Positions 39,417 through 49,486 of a DNA stretch of 64,000 nt are shown piece after piece. Location of the stretch: positions 14,971 to 78,970 of IMG/VR virus record IMGVR_UViG_3300020577_006243, one strand, 5' to 3'. Position numbers and translations under genes: made by a program. The notes beneath the pieces are model-generated. The model ran no database searches. It was not told the origin of the DNA and saw only the letters and a list, made by a program, of their open reading frames with translations. The DNA comes from a virus (taxonomy: Duplodnaviria > Caudoviricetes). The stretch's first letter is position 1. Every line of letters begins with the position of its first letter.

Positions 39417-39794
39417 ATGGGAATGGAAGACTGGATAATAGCATTAAAAAATCATGCAGAAAAACAAAGAAGCATCATATCGTCACAGGCAAACATTTAT
39501 TTCACAAAAGAAATAACAGACACTATGAATAACATGGTTGCTGGAGAAAATTATAAATTCATTCTTATTAAGAACACACTAATCCCTGATGACGTTGACA
39601 AGGCGTTAAACTCTGAGTTTGGAACGCCAACTGGAAAAGGACAGAGTACTACAACCGACATCCCAAGTGAAAAGATAAGAAAATCATTGGTAACTCTAAA
39701 TAGTAATATGTCATTTAAAAAGTCTTTTGATCTATATTTAGACTTGGATAGGCCATCTAAAATAGTTAAGATTACAATTAGAAGTAAAATTTAG
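39417..39794 (+). CDS. Hypothetical late protein
   Basis: Late motif upstream; next to the tail terminator gene. Confidence 0.55.
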   Translation: MGMEDWIIALKNHAEKQRSIISSQANIYFTKEITDTMNNMVAGENYKFILIKNTLIPDDVDKALNSEFGTPTGKGQSTTTDIPSEKIRKSLVTLNSNMSFKKSFDLYLDLDRPSKIVKITIRSKI

Positions 39795-39828
39795 GTCTAA
39801 AAATAACCAATGTAAAACCTGTTATTTG

Positions 39829-39836
39829 TAAGTTAA
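39829..39836 (+). promoter_or_regulatory. Putative late promoter TAAGTTAA
   Basis: Lies 6 nt before ATG 39843. Confidence 0.6.
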
Positions 39837-39842
39837 TGGTGG

Positions 39843-40682
39843 ATGATTACAGAAGAATTACGAGACTATAACGGAGAAGCCAGTTACCCACAATTTTATC
39901 TATACATATCTGCTGTTGGCGCATGGTTGAACACATTTCGTGTCCCAAGAAAGCACGATAGTATGCCTGTAATCTACTCAACTCCACAAAGACCTTATTT
40001 TCTAAATCAACTTGCAAAGTATGGGTTTGATACATCAAATGGACAAATTCCAACCCCGATTTGGTCTTATAGAATTTCTGGATATGAAAGAAGAAAGGAT
40101 AGAGAAATTCCAAGAGTTGTTAAGTATTTTAATAAAGAAACGAACAAATTTTATCCTGACTTAATTCCTTTTAATATAACTTGGACTATATCCCTTTGGA
40201 CAAGAAAAGAAGCGGATACTATGGATATTATGTATCAATTTCAAACTGCATTTGAACAGGGTATGAAATGGATCATTTTTACTGATGAGGAATTTCCTAA
40301 AAGAACACAAACAACAGTTTTCTTTTTAGACAGTATAGCGGACAGCACAAATCCTGAACCTGGTGAAAAAGGTGATATGGAATATAAAACTGATATAACA
40401 CTAAAGTCAGAATGCTATCTCCCTAGAACTGGTTTTGACGGTTCGTTTGTTAAAAAGATTTATATTGATCTTGGAACTAGCGAAGATACAGATAATTGTA
40501 CTATTGAATACATAAGTGGGAGCGGTGAAGTTTATGTAAGTGGAGTTCCACAATTAGGAGTTAAGAAAATAAATACTGGTGAATTGTGTGGGATTATATC
40601 TCCTAACTTAATAGCGTTCTCAGGAACTGTTAATGTTGGAGAACCTGACGAGCAATTAGTAGTGGAGCATTACACATGGTAA
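39843..40682 (+). CDS. T4 gp15-like tail sheath terminator/completion protein
   Basis: MPVIYSTPQR...PIWSYRISG...IPFNITWTISLWTRKEADTMDIMYQF pattern. Confidence 0.65.
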   Translation: MITEELRDYNGEASYPQFYLYISAVGAWLNTFRVPRKHDSMPVIYSTPQRPYFLNQLAKYGFDTSNGQIPTPIWSYRISGYERRKDREIPRVVKYFNKETNKFYPDLIPFNITWTISLWTRKEADTMDIMYQFQTAFEQGMKWIIFTDEEFPKRTQTTVFFLDSIADSTNPEPGEKGDMEYKTDITLKSECYLPRTGFDGSFVKKIYIDLGTSEDTDNCTIEYISGSGEVYVSGVPQLGVKKINTGELCGIISPNLIAFSGTVNVGEPDEQLVVEHYTW

Positions 40683-42523
40683 TAGACAAAATAATAGAAA
40701 CTCTTTTGCAGAGAGATAAATATAAACATGATCCGATTGCGGTTCCGTCACAATATGCTCAAAACAAACAACATATTCATGTTCTGACAAATAAGAAAAA
40801 TGAAAAGAAATACATAGAGAAGGGATACAAGCCAAATTTTGACCATAAGATTATGACATCAATGATGGCGGCTTATGAATTTGTTGGTTATTATGTTGCT
40901 AATAATATATTGAAAGATTACAAACTTGAAGGTTTTTCAATACCAAAAGTAAAAGGTTTGACTGTAAACGCAGGTAATTTAAAACTGATAGTTGATAAAG
41001 CTCCTGGTAAATCTGTTGCTCAACATCTTGTAAAAGGTAAAAATTGGGAAGATAGAGAGGAAAGGCATATGGTTGCAGTTGAAAGATATAATGCAGTTGG
41101 ACTTCCGTTGTTTGATTTACTTGGTCACATAGATACTCACGAAGGTAATACCGTTGTTTCTAAATCTGGCAAAATCAATTTTATTGATTTTGAGGGTGCG
41201 TTTGGAAGTAGTCATAATATAGATGAAACAATTATTACAATGATGGCAAGATCGTATCACTCAGAATATGCTAAAAAATTAGACAAAATATTAATATCAA
41301 AATTTTTCAAAAATCTTTTCAAATTAAAACATATAAGTGATGACGTTGTATTTATGTATGTCCAAGAAGCAATAGATGAAATAGATAAATCATTAGTACA
41401 CGAAAATTTCAATAGACAAAACTTAAAAATGAAATTAGAAAATATTTTCTTAAAAGGCAATGAAAGATCAATAATTCACGAAAACATATTGCACATAAAG
41501 GAAATGGTTAAGATAGCCGAACAAGCGATTAAGGATAATAATATTAATCTGGAGGAGGCTATGAAATTTCCATCAGACAAATATACGACTTCAAGACTTG
41601 GTGAAGTAAAAAGAGGCTATCAACCAGTAAATTCTGAAACAATTAGAAAAGTCTACAACAAGAAAAACAAAAAAATGTATGTTAGAAAAGCATACTCAGA
41701 CTCTTTCTTTGATGAAAGCGTAGCGGCTGTTTTTGAATATGCCGCTTACAGAGCAATCAAAGAAGTAAATAGAGAAACTACTTTATCAATGAGGATACCA
41801 AGATTTTTCGCTTTAAATTTAAATGATAAAACCTCTCGCTTTGAGTTACTTACATCTGTTGACTTTGCCAATGCAAGACCTTTAGTAAATTTAAAAACGA
41901 AATTAAAAAAATTAAACGATTTTCTTGATAATCAGTTAATACCAGTCACTCCGATTCTTTTACTTCTTGGGCATTTTGATGTTCATGGTGGCAATATAGT
42001 TATGAGTAAGACTGGCTACTACATGATAGATTTTGAAAGAGCGTTTACAAATACTGTTAAAAAACAAGATAATGTTAGAGAAGATAGTTTCAAATATATG
42101 CAAAGAACCTTTCTTGAACCATTACATAAATCAATTGTAAATTTCTACAACAAAGATTACAAAACACATTTCAAAAGAGATATCATAATAAAATTTGTTA
42201 AGAGTGTTAATTCATTAGATATAAACCACACAGCAATTCAAATTTATTCGTCAATTGAAAAAACTGAGAGATACGCTACGACATTAATAAACAAAGCAGA
42301 AATTTCTGAAAATAAAAAGGCTTCTTTAAAGAAAAAACTATCTGACGAAATGGCACAAGTAAAAAATTCCATCAACGATAATTACAAATATTTAGAAAAT
42401 TATGTTCAAACGATTAAACTCATGCCAAATTTTAAACGCATATTGGAAGAAAATAATAAGGTAAAAGAACAATATGAAAAGATTATCAGGACAAGAACTG
42501 GAGAAACACCTAAAACACATTAA
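40676..42523 (+). CDS. Protein with two tandem atypical kinase-like (HipA/PI3-4K-like) domains
   Basis: LLGHIDTHEGNTVV...FIDFEGAF and LLGHFDVHGGNIVM...MIDFERAF. Confidence 0.65.
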   Translation: MVIDKIIETLLQRDKYKHDPIAVPSQYAQNKQHIHVLTNKKNEKKYIEKGYKPNFDHKIMTSMMAAYEFVGYYVANNILKDYKLEGFSIPKVKGLTVNAGNLKLIVDKAPGKSVAQHLVKGKNWEDREERHMVAVERYNAVGLPLFDLLGHIDTHEGNTVVSKSGKINFIDFEGAFGSSHNIDETIITMMARSYHSEYAKKLDKILISKFFKNLFKLKHISDDVVFMYVQEAIDEIDKSLVHENFNRQNLKMKLENIFLKGNERSIIHENILHIKEMVKIAEQAIKDNNINLEEAMKFPSDKYTTSRLGEVKRGYQPVNSETIRKVYNKKNKKMYVRKAYSDSFFDESVAAVFEYAAYRAIKEVNRETTLSMRIPRFFALNLNDKTSRFELLTSVDFANARPLVNLKTKLKKLNDFLDNQLIPVTPILLLLGHFDVHGGNIVMSKTGYYMIDFERAFTNTVKKQDNVREDSFKYMQRTFLEPLHKSIVNFYNKDYKTHFKRDIIIKFVKSVNSLDINHTAIQIYSSIEKTERYATTLINKAEISENKKASLKKKLSDEMAQVKNSINDNYKYLENYVQTIKLMPNFKRILEENNKVKEQYEKIIRTRTGETPKTH

Positions 42524-42638
42524 TTCTGTCGCTTTTACAGACGTAGTAAAAGAAGTTTTTAAAAAGATCATTGAAGGTAAAGAAGAAGAAATTACCTACA
42601 CTGAAGTACAATTTGTTCTAAGTAAATTAAAAGAATAA
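42474..42638 (+). CDS. Small protein (54 aa) overlapping the kinase gene end, not in the ORF track
   Basis: MKRLSGQELEKHLKHINSVAFTDVVKEVFKKIIEGKEEEITYTEVQFVLSKLKE fills the gap before 42652. Confidence 0.5.
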   Translation: MKRLSGQELEKHLKHINSVAFTDVVKEVFKKIIEGKEEEITYTEVQFVLSKLKE

Positions 42639-42651
42639 CAAAGTTAATGAT

Positions 42652-43374
42652 ATGCTGGATAAAATACAAATACTAATTAAAATCATTGTTGGAATGTTCT
42701 CAAGAGATGAGACACCATTAAGTACTGCTTCAAAAACGGCTTCTGCTTCAATCCCAGAAACGCAATCAAATGTAACACAATTAAATAGTGTAGTTACCAT
42801 TGATGATGTTAATAAAGCAGAACTTGCAACTCCACCAAAACCAAGATTTGTTTTGCCAGCAGAAGGTAGAGTTACATCTGGATTTGGTATGAGAGCCATT
42901 CCTGGTGTTCTTGGTGGTAAACTACATTTTCACAATGGCATTGATTTCACATGCTGGCAAAAATTTGGTGTCCCTATTAAGTGTCCAGAAGATGGAACAG
43001 TTATAATGAATAAAAAAGACCCAACGTATCCAGAAGGTGTTACGTTTGTGGCTATTAAAGGAAAATACAGTGGAGGATATCATTATCTTCTCCACATGGG
43101 AAGCAAAGACAATAAAGTATCTCCATTGGTTGTTGTTGGACAACAAGTGAAAGCAGGAGATGTTTTAGGTTATTCTAATTCAACTGGTCCAACAACAGGT
43201 CCACATTCTCATTGGAGTTATTATACTCCTAAATGGGTTTGTGTGGATGTTGTCAGATGTTGGATGAAAAGATTTGCGCCTGAATTACTGTCGCAAATTT
43301 CATACTATGTTGATAAAGGGGAGAAAGAACCAGGAAATAAAACTGGCAACTGTTGCGGCGAATGGGGTAATTAA
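42652..43374 (+). CDS. M23-family peptidoglycan endopeptidase
   Basis: VTSGFG...HNGID...LHM...VKAGDVLG...TGPTTGPHSH; AAAGTTAA 4 nt upstream. Confidence 0.85.
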   Translation: MLDKIQILIKIIVGMFSRDETPLSTASKTASASIPETQSNVTQLNSVVTIDDVNKAELATPPKPRFVLPAEGRVTSGFGMRAIPGVLGGKLHFHNGIDFTCWQKFGVPIKCPEDGTVIMNKKDPTYPEGVTFVAIKGKYSGGYHYLLHMGSKDNKVSPLVVVGQQVKAGDVLGYSNSTGPTTGPHSHWSYYTPKWVCVDVVRCWMKRFAPELLSQISYYVDKGEKEPGNKTGNCCGEWGN

Positions 43375-44963
43375 TGGCTGATATAACAACTCCTGAAAGT
43401 GCTAACGTAAACAATAATCTTCCTGCTGGTTTAACACCTGAAGGTGCATATGTAAAATTTAAATATGATGGAGAATTTACTGCTTTAAAATCAGCTACTG
43501 CGTCAACAGAAACTCCAGCAAATGGGCTAAATTGGTTTTTGCCAACAACTAGTGGGAAAAGAATAGAAATAAAAAGACATTTGTATGAGAGTAATCTTGT
43601 GTATTTAAGAGATACACCTGAAAAACCATCATATGAAAACATTGATAAGGTAAGCGCACAAATAACAGAAGGAACTGTGACTGATGCTTTTAGTTCAACA
43701 GAAAAAATGGCGAGTTCAATTCCACTGGTTACTGTAGTAAAATGTGCTCCTAACCAATTAATATATAATTTTAACGAACCTTATAAGTTAAGTGCCCACG
43801 TAGTCCCTGGATGTTTATTTAAAACTCTGGATAATAGAAAAACCACTACTTCACAAATAATAGCTTTTGAAGGGATAGATACTAAATATACTTATATATT
43901 CTATGGTGTTGATTTTTATATTGATGATAAACCGCCAGAAGCAATAAAGGATAGTACAGGAGTTTCTGTAACAAATTCAAATACAGTTTGGCAACCGAAA
44001 GAAAATTTAGTCATTTCTAAATTTGATACATTAATTAGTTCTTCAAATAAATACATAAAAGACACAACAACATTAAAAGTTGGAACAGTCATACTTAAAG
44101 TAGTTAAAGATTTTTTTGGTGTCGTTGTCTTCACTGACAGATTTGAAGCAATAGATCCATTATTAATAACATCTACAATAGGTAAAGAAATACAAATTCA
44201 AGAGGCGGGTAGTACAAATAATACTGGTGTTACTGCTGGGCCAACTGCCATTGGTAGTGGAACTGGTCGTTGTGACTGTGCCTACCCACCAGTAATAAGA
44301 AAAACGATGCCAAAGCTAATAGTAAATTACACTAAACCAAACGCTAGATACATTCCTCTTTCAAACATATCGGCTATTAGAGCGGCTTTGCAAGAAGTGA
44401 AGGAAAATCCAAATGTTATTGAAGGAATTATAAGAAAAGCAACGTCAATAAAAAAAGAGTTTGAAAAATTTGATTTAGTATATAATGCTTTTTGTTGTGT
44501 TGGTAAATTTTCAATAGAAACTAATGGTGTAACTGAAGCGTCAAGTCAAATAGACGCCAGTTATAAAAATATGGAAGACAGTTCTGTAAAATACTCTATT
44601 AATTTTGAGGAAAATGATTTGTCGGTTACAGCAGGTGCACCTTCTATGAAGAAACCTCCATATACAAAAGAAGATGTTAATGAAGGTGACACATCAATGA
44701 ATGCGCTGGTTAATAAATTCGCTGCTTCTATAGCACATAAACAAGCAGAGTTTCAAAATACATACGGAAAAGCAGGTGGTCGTAATGGTGTTATTTATGC
44801 GACAATTCCTGTAATGCCTGATTACTATAATGGAGAAGGGCAACGTGATCCAACTGTTGTTTATTTTTGGAGCGGTGGTAGCGCAGCATATAAAACACTT
44901 GTTCAGAGCTGTTTCCCACCAGGGCAAGGTAGCAGTTCTTCTGGTTCAAGTAGCTCATTTTAA
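43374..44963 (+). CDS. Putative virion (baseplate/tail) protein
   Basis: Coupled to the M23 gene; Thr/Ser-rich; no recognised catalytic motif. Confidence 0.5.
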   Translation: MADITTPESANVNNNLPAGLTPEGAYVKFKYDGEFTALKSATASTETPANGLNWFLPTTSGKRIEIKRHLYESNLVYLRDTPEKPSYENIDKVSAQITEGTVTDAFSSTEKMASSIPLVTVVKCAPNQLIYNFNEPYKLSAHVVPGCLFKTLDNRKTTTSQIIAFEGIDTKYTYIFYGVDFYIDDKPPEAIKDSTGVSVTNSNTVWQPKENLVISKFDTLISSSNKYIKDTTTLKVGTVILKVVKDFFGVVVFTDRFEAIDPLLITSTIGKEIQIQEAGSTNNTGVTAGPTAIGSGTGRCDCAYPPVIRKTMPKLIVNYTKPNARYIPLSNISAIRAALQEVKENPNVIEGIIRKATSIKKEFEKFDLVYNAFCCVGKFSIETNGVTEASSQIDASYKNMEDSSVKYSINFEENDLSVTAGAPSMKKPPYTKEDVNEGDTSMNALVNKFAASIAHKQAEFQNTYGKAGGRNGVIYATIPVMPDYYNGEGQRDPTVVYFWSGGSAAYKTLVQSCFPPGQGSSSSGSSSSF

Positions 44964-45008
44964 AAACAAAATTATGATTAAATTGTATATTTTTTAAAGA
45001 TAAGAGTA

Positions 45009-45206
45009 ATGGCTCTTACAAAAAAATATACGATTAGTCAGGGATGTAAAATTCTTACATTTAGTAAAATTACACTTCCAGTAATAAATGTTGTTGATAG
45101 AACAGTTGCTCCATCTATTGATCCAAACGGTGTGGATAAAACAAATAGTAAAGATCAGGCGTCGGCACTGCCAACTGGCACGTCGACATCTAAAAAAGAG
45201 GGGTAA
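45009..45206 (+). CDS. Small hypothetical protein
   Basis: Fills the gap in the late operon. Confidence 0.45.
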   Translation: MALTKKYTISQGCKILTFSKITLPVINVVDRTVAPSIDPNGVDKTNSKDQASALPTGTSTSKKEG

Positions 45207-45214
45207 GAGTAAGT

Positions 45215-45880
45215 ATGCCAGTATTTAAATCAAAAGAAGGGTTTCTTAAGTCGTCTACAGTTCCTTATATTACTCCGTTTGACAACACATATCAAGAGGA
45301 AGTGATAGGCACCCCTGCCGGTCAGATAAGTTATGAAAATCCATTTCCTGGAATCGCAGTAGCGGTAACAAGTGCTTTTGGAAAAAGAAAATTACTTGGG
45401 GATCAATGGCCAGAAGCATTAAAACAATGTCATTGGCATTTTGCAGTTGACATAGGTGGCACTGGTTTTAATACATTTAAAGCGCCTGAAAAGGGTAGAG
45501 CGAGTATGGTTCTTAATCAGACAATTCCTGATGGATGTTGGGGTGCCCCATTGGGAGACGATCATGCTACTCCAATAGTAAAATTGGAGGCGGTGTCTGG
45601 TAATACGCATTATTTCGTTCATTGCGATGGAAGTATTGTAGGTTCTGGTAAAGATGTTGAGGCTGGTCAAAATTGGTGTAAGGGCGCTCCTTGGTATGGT
45701 GGACCTCACGTTCATTGGGTGTTTACAAAAAAAGGAAGTAATACTCCACTTGATGTATTTAAATATTTTATAGATGACCCTCAAGTAAAATCAACAAGCC
45801 CAGCTATGAAAGCATTAGCTGATGTATTACGCCCATCTTATCAACAAGCGGTAGCGGCATTAAACTGCCCACAGGTATAA
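45215..45880 (+). CDS. Second M23-family peptidase
   Basis: VTSAFG...HFAVD...VHC...GQ...GGPHVH. Confidence 0.7.
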   Translation: MPVFKSKEGFLKSSTVPYITPFDNTYQEEVIGTPAGQISYENPFPGIAVAVTSAFGKRKLLGDQWPEALKQCHWHFAVDIGGTGFNTFKAPEKGRASMVLNQTIPDGCWGAPLGDDHATPIVKLEAVSGNTHYFVHCDGSIVGSGKDVEAGQNWCKGAPWYGGPHVHWVFTKKGSNTPLDVFKYFIDDPQVKSTSPAMKALADVLRPSYQQAVAALNCPQV

Positions 45881-45884
45881 TATT

Positions 45885-46175
45885 ATGAATGAAGAATTTA
45901 AAATAATAGTAGACAATATAAGAAGAGGAAATGAGAAATCTCACTTCTATCATAATGACAAGAAGTACAAAGATAAATATGATCTAATGGTAAAAAAATA
46001 TTTTGTATTGGATACATTTGGAAATCCATTGAATGAAGTCATTAATGCTTTATATCCTTATTCAAAAGGGGGTTTCGGAGTATATGATGATGATCCAAAT
46101 ATTCAAAAATTTTCAAAGGTTATGCAATTGGCTTCTAAAAACGAATCTACTAACAACACCACAACAAAGAATTAA
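45885..46175 (+). CDS. Hypothetical protein
   Basis: Last + strand ORF before convergent genes. Confidence 0.5.
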   Translation: MNEEFKIIVDNIRRGNEKSHFYHNDKKYKDKYDLMVKKYFVLDTFGNPLNEVINALYPYSKGGFGVYDDDPNIQKFSKVMQLASKNESTNNTTTKN

Positions 46176-46627
46176 TCATTTTTATCTATTGAATCTGCCG
46201 CTCTTAATAATGCTCTCTTTTCTCTAATGAGTTTTAATTTGTCTTCTGGATCGTCCAGATTGATCTGCTTTTCACCAGACCCTGAAATGCGTAGTAAAAT
46301 ATCACCTTTATATTTAGCAACTTGAAGTTTTGCTATTACATCCATTACCTTCGGAATTTTGTCACTGCTATTGACCAGTTCCTTATAAGCCATAGTCATT
46401 TGCGAAATAGCGTTGTTTAGTTGTTCTTCTATAGCTCCGTCTTCTGTGTTCATTTCATCAAGCTCTGTCTTAGCCTTAATATCTTCGTAATTCTTTTTCG
46501 CTATCTCATATAATTCAACACCTCTTCTTCTATCATCGTTCATCGTTTCTTCTAATTTGATTAGAATGTTAAAGATAGTATGAATTTCATCTATTGTTTT
46601 TTGATCTATTTCTGGTTGTTTGGCCAT
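46172..46627 (-). CDS. Hypothetical helical protein
   Basis: Long ORF in a - strand operon. Confidence 0.55.
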   Translation of the reverse strand: MAKQPEIDQKTIDEIHTIFNILIKLEETMNDDRRRGVELYEIAKKNYEDIKAKTELDEMNTEDGAIEEQLNNAISQMTMAYKELVNSSDKIPKVMDVIAKLQVAKYKGDILLRISGSGEKQINLDDPEDKLKLIREKRALLRAADSIDKND

Positions 46628-46633
46628 ATGTAC

Positions 46634-46837
46634 TTATCTTTGGAACAAACGAAAAAACATTCCCAATATTAACAAACATGAGAATGCAGTTTTAACATCT
46701 AAGTTAGTCGCTTCTGCTACCAGTCCAGAAAGGATAAACAATGAAACAACTAAAAATAAATCAATGCCGATACTCTTTACGATATCGGCCATTGTTTCTT
46801 TTAATACAGTTAGTTTAAGCTGTCTGTACATTCTCAT
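46634..46837 (-). CDS. Small two-TM membrane protein
   Basis: LFLVVSLFILSGLVA and AFSCLLILGMFF. Confidence 0.5.
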   Translation of the reverse strand: MRMYRQLKLTVLKETMADIVKSIGIDLFLVVSLFILSGLVAEATNLDVKTAFSCLLILGMFFRLFQR

Positions 46838-47132
46838 TTAACCATCTTTTGAAATTTACTTTTGGTAAAGCGCCAACAATTTTGTCAATTAATTTTCCAT
46901 CTTTATATAGATGAATTGCAGGGATAGATGTAATACCGTATTTATTAGATAGTTCCATATTTTCATCTACGTCTACTTTAAAAAATTTTACGTTATTAAT
47001 TTCTGTTGATAGTTCCTCAATTACAGGAGCAACCATTCTACAAGGACCACACCAACTTGCCCAATAATCAACTACACTATACCCATCTTTAATATCATTG
47101 TCAAAATTATTTTGATTTGTTTCTTTTACCAT
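46815..47132 (-). CDS. trxA: Thioredoxin
   Basis: VVDYWASWCGPCRMVAP...KVDVDEN...ITSIPA. Confidence 0.95.
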   Translation of the reverse strand: MVKETNQNNFDNDIKDGYSVVDYWASWCGPCRMVAPVIEELSTEINNVKFFKVDVDENMELSNKYGITSIPAIHLYKDGKLIDKIVGALPKVNFKRWLNENVQTA

Positions 47133-47146
47133 TCCTTCTGTTTCTC

Positions 47147-47539
47147 CTATTTAAAAAGTAGTTTATATTTTTTGTAAACCCCCTTGTCTTTCTTAACAAC
47201 ATACTCATTAAAAAAATAGAAGCCTTTGCCTTTATCATTACTAACAAGTGTAGGGCTATTTATATGTCCTATTTTTTCTTCCTCTGTTAATTTATCGTAA
47301 ATAACATACTCCATATTAGTATTTGATGGTAATCCATTAGTCAATTGAAACCACGCACCATTAAATCTAACTACCATAAAACTATTAATATAAAATGCGT
47401 CTCCATCGTTTACGCCAATACCATTCAAACATTCTTCATCTATGTTCCTGAAGTTAAAGCCAGAAGATATAGCGTCTACATATGCTTTAGTGACGGCTTG
47501 TCCTCCAGACACTGGTTGCTGTATGTTACTGATCGTCAT
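47147..47539 (-). CDS. Small protein: fibre-like AVTKAYVD N-terminus plus the C-terminal KY(K/R)LL domain
   Basis: PVSGGQAVTKAYVDA; ends LTEEEKIGHINSP...VYKKYKLLFK; AAAGTTAA 12 nt upstream. Confidence 0.6.
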   Translation of the reverse strand: MTISNIQQPVSGGQAVTKAYVDAISSGFNFRNIDEECLNGIGVNDGDAFYINSFMVVRFNGAWFQLTNGLPSNTNMEYVIYDKLTEEEKIGHINSPTLVSNDKGKGFYFFNEYVVKKDKGVYKKYKLLFK

Positions 47540-47557
47540 AAGGGTGTTTAATTAACT

Positions 47558-49387
47558 TTAGAAAATGGTCTTTATTTTGCTTGTTTCTTCATCTTTATCT
47601 ACCCAAACTTCATATAATCCGTCAACACTATCCTTAATTGTTTTGTCGTGAGAGATAACATATACCACATCGTCTCTTGCAATGGTAGATAAAATATCTA
47701 CAATACTATTGCTTTTTTTGTTATCCAAGCCATCTGTTATCTCATCTACAAAGATAGCTGGGAATTGGCTTTTAGTCATCAGTCTAGCCATTTCAAAGAA
47801 TGCAAAATTGATGCAATTGTCAATAATTTTCTTCTGCCCTTTAGATAACATCTTGTAACTTCTTTGTCTCTTTTCAAAACGGATACTTTCATCAAGATTG
47901 TCACGAAACATCAATTTAACATTTTCGTCAGGGAAGAACTTGTTTATATAAATAGCAATGATCTCATTGAACTTTGTAATGATTTTCTGTATACGGAATT
48001 TCTTAATGTTGTTGTCAGCTTTGACATCAAATGCTTTTTTCCAAAAAGTCCAATACTCAAGGTCTTCTTTTAATTTTTGTTCCTTTGTTGTGTATTCAGG
48101 AATTTCTTTTTCTATTTGTGCGAGACGCTTCTTTGCATCTTTTACAAAGGTATCGTTGGTTAATTCTTCTAATTCATCTTGCAGTCCCTTGATATTTTTG
48201 TTATATCTTTCAGTGTCAAAACGGTCTTCCAGATTTTTAAGCCAAGTCTTATCAAGACCATATCGTGTGTCAACAATATCTAGAGCATTTTTGCCAGCCA
48301 TATTGTTGAATATTTTGACTAACTTTTCTAATTCGTTTGATACTGTCTTATCTTCTTTCTCTAATTTTTTTGTATTGTCTTCAATCTTCTTTAAAAGAAA
48401 ATTTTCTTTCTCTAAATTCTTTCTCAATTCAATAAGTTTATCACCAAGAGTTTTAGAAAGTTTTTTGTATTTGTCGCCACTTAATTCAGAGTCACAAACA
48501 TTACATCTTGAAGTAACTTTCAAACGCTTACTATCATACATAATAGTACTTTCTTCTTCTACAAATCGTTGAATATTATTTGAAATGTTTGTCATTTCAT
48601 TTACATGCTCTCCAAGTTTTTCTTCTAATTTTTCTTTTTCTTCTTCTTTTTGAGTGATGAGTTTGTAAGTGGCCAGTATCTTTTCTTTATCCTTCTTGTC
48701 AATACTATCCCTTTCTTCTTCTAATTCTTTTATCTCATTTTTAATTTCAGTAATTCTAACCTTTTTATTCTTAAGATAATCGTCAATAGAACTTTGCGTT
48801 ACTTCCTGTTTAGTTTTTAACTCAATGAGTTTATTAAGATTTGCCGCTATTTGATTGTTAGTATTTTTGATACCTTCAAGTACTTTCTTCTCATAAGCAT
48901 CAAGGCCGGACAATCCGAAGATTTCTTCAAAAATGTCAATTCTCTTTGCTCTCTGAATGTTCAATATGTTGGAGCTTTCATCATTAGTGATAAGGTTTGA
49001 TATTATGAACAATTTATCTGTCAAACCTATTATACTTTCAATTTTGTTCTGTGTATCCTTACCTTGATATTCTTTCTTGTCTATATATAATTTCAACTCA
49101 TCGCCGTATTCATCGTGACTTCTATATCTAACAACCTTGTAAGATACATTCTTTTTTTCAAATGATAATTTAACAAAACAGTTCTTTTCCTCATTTTCGT
49201 TAATAAGTTCTTCCATCTTTACTTTCTTGACTGTTCTACCAAATAGACACCATAATATCCCTTCAAAGATCGCTGACTTACCTGATCCAGTCTCTCCTGT
49301 AATCAAATACAGACCGTTTTTACTGAAATCAAAACGTAGTTTCTTATATGATATAAAATTCTGTAGTTCTAGATAGTTTAAATTCAT
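47558..49387 (-). CDS. sbcC: SbcC/gp46/Rad50-type ATPase
   Basis: Walker A GETGSGKS, coiled coil with CNVC hook, LSKGQ signature, IFVDE, ISHD. Start set at 49387 because the track's TTG at 49429 is part of a -35 box. Confidence 0.9.
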   Translation of the reverse strand: MNLNYLELQNFISYKKLRFDFSKNGLYLITGETGSGKSAIFEGILWCLFGRTVKKVKMEELINENEEKNCFVKLSFEKKNVSYKVVRYRSHDEYGDELKLYIDKKEYQGKDTQNKIESIIGLTDKLFIISNLITNDESSNILNIQRAKRIDIFEEIFGLSGLDAYEKKVLEGIKNTNNQIAANLNKLIELKTKQEVTQSSIDDYLKNKKVRITEIKNEIKELEEERDSIDKKDKEKILATYKLITQKEEEKEKLEEKLGEHVNEMTNISNNIQRFVEEESTIMYDSKRLKVTSRCNVCDSELSGDKYKKLSKTLGDKLIELRKNLEKENFLLKKIEDNTKKLEKEDKTVSNELEKLVKIFNNMAGKNALDIVDTRYGLDKTWLKNLEDRFDTERYNKNIKGLQDELEELTNDTFVKDAKKRLAQIEKEIPEYTTKEQKLKEDLEYWTFWKKAFDVKADNNIKKFRIQKIITKFNEIIAIYINKFFPDENVKLMFRDNLDESIRFEKRQRSYKMLSKGQKKIIDNCINFAFFEMARLMTKSQFPAIFVDEITDGLDNKKSNSIVDILSTIARDDVVYVISHDKTIKDSVDGLYEVWVDKDEETSKIKTIF

Positions 49388-49400
49388 AATTCTAAGATCA

Positions 49401-49429
49401 ATTATAGCATGACAAAAAGATAATATCAA
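49401..49429 (-). promoter_or_regulatory. Sigma70 promoter TTGATA-17-TATAAT with TGn
   Basis: Read directly; 13 nt upstream of ATG 49387. Confidence 0.7.
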
Positions 49430-49486
49430 ATGGAAACAGTGCTTAATTGGATTGTGGAGTTTGTAGGAATAAGTGGGGTATTATAA

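Noticed and set aside
42457-42464. TAAGGTAA as a late motif for the 54-aa overlapping ORF
   Set aside because: It has a mismatch in the core and lies inside coding sequence, so it is too weak to claim.
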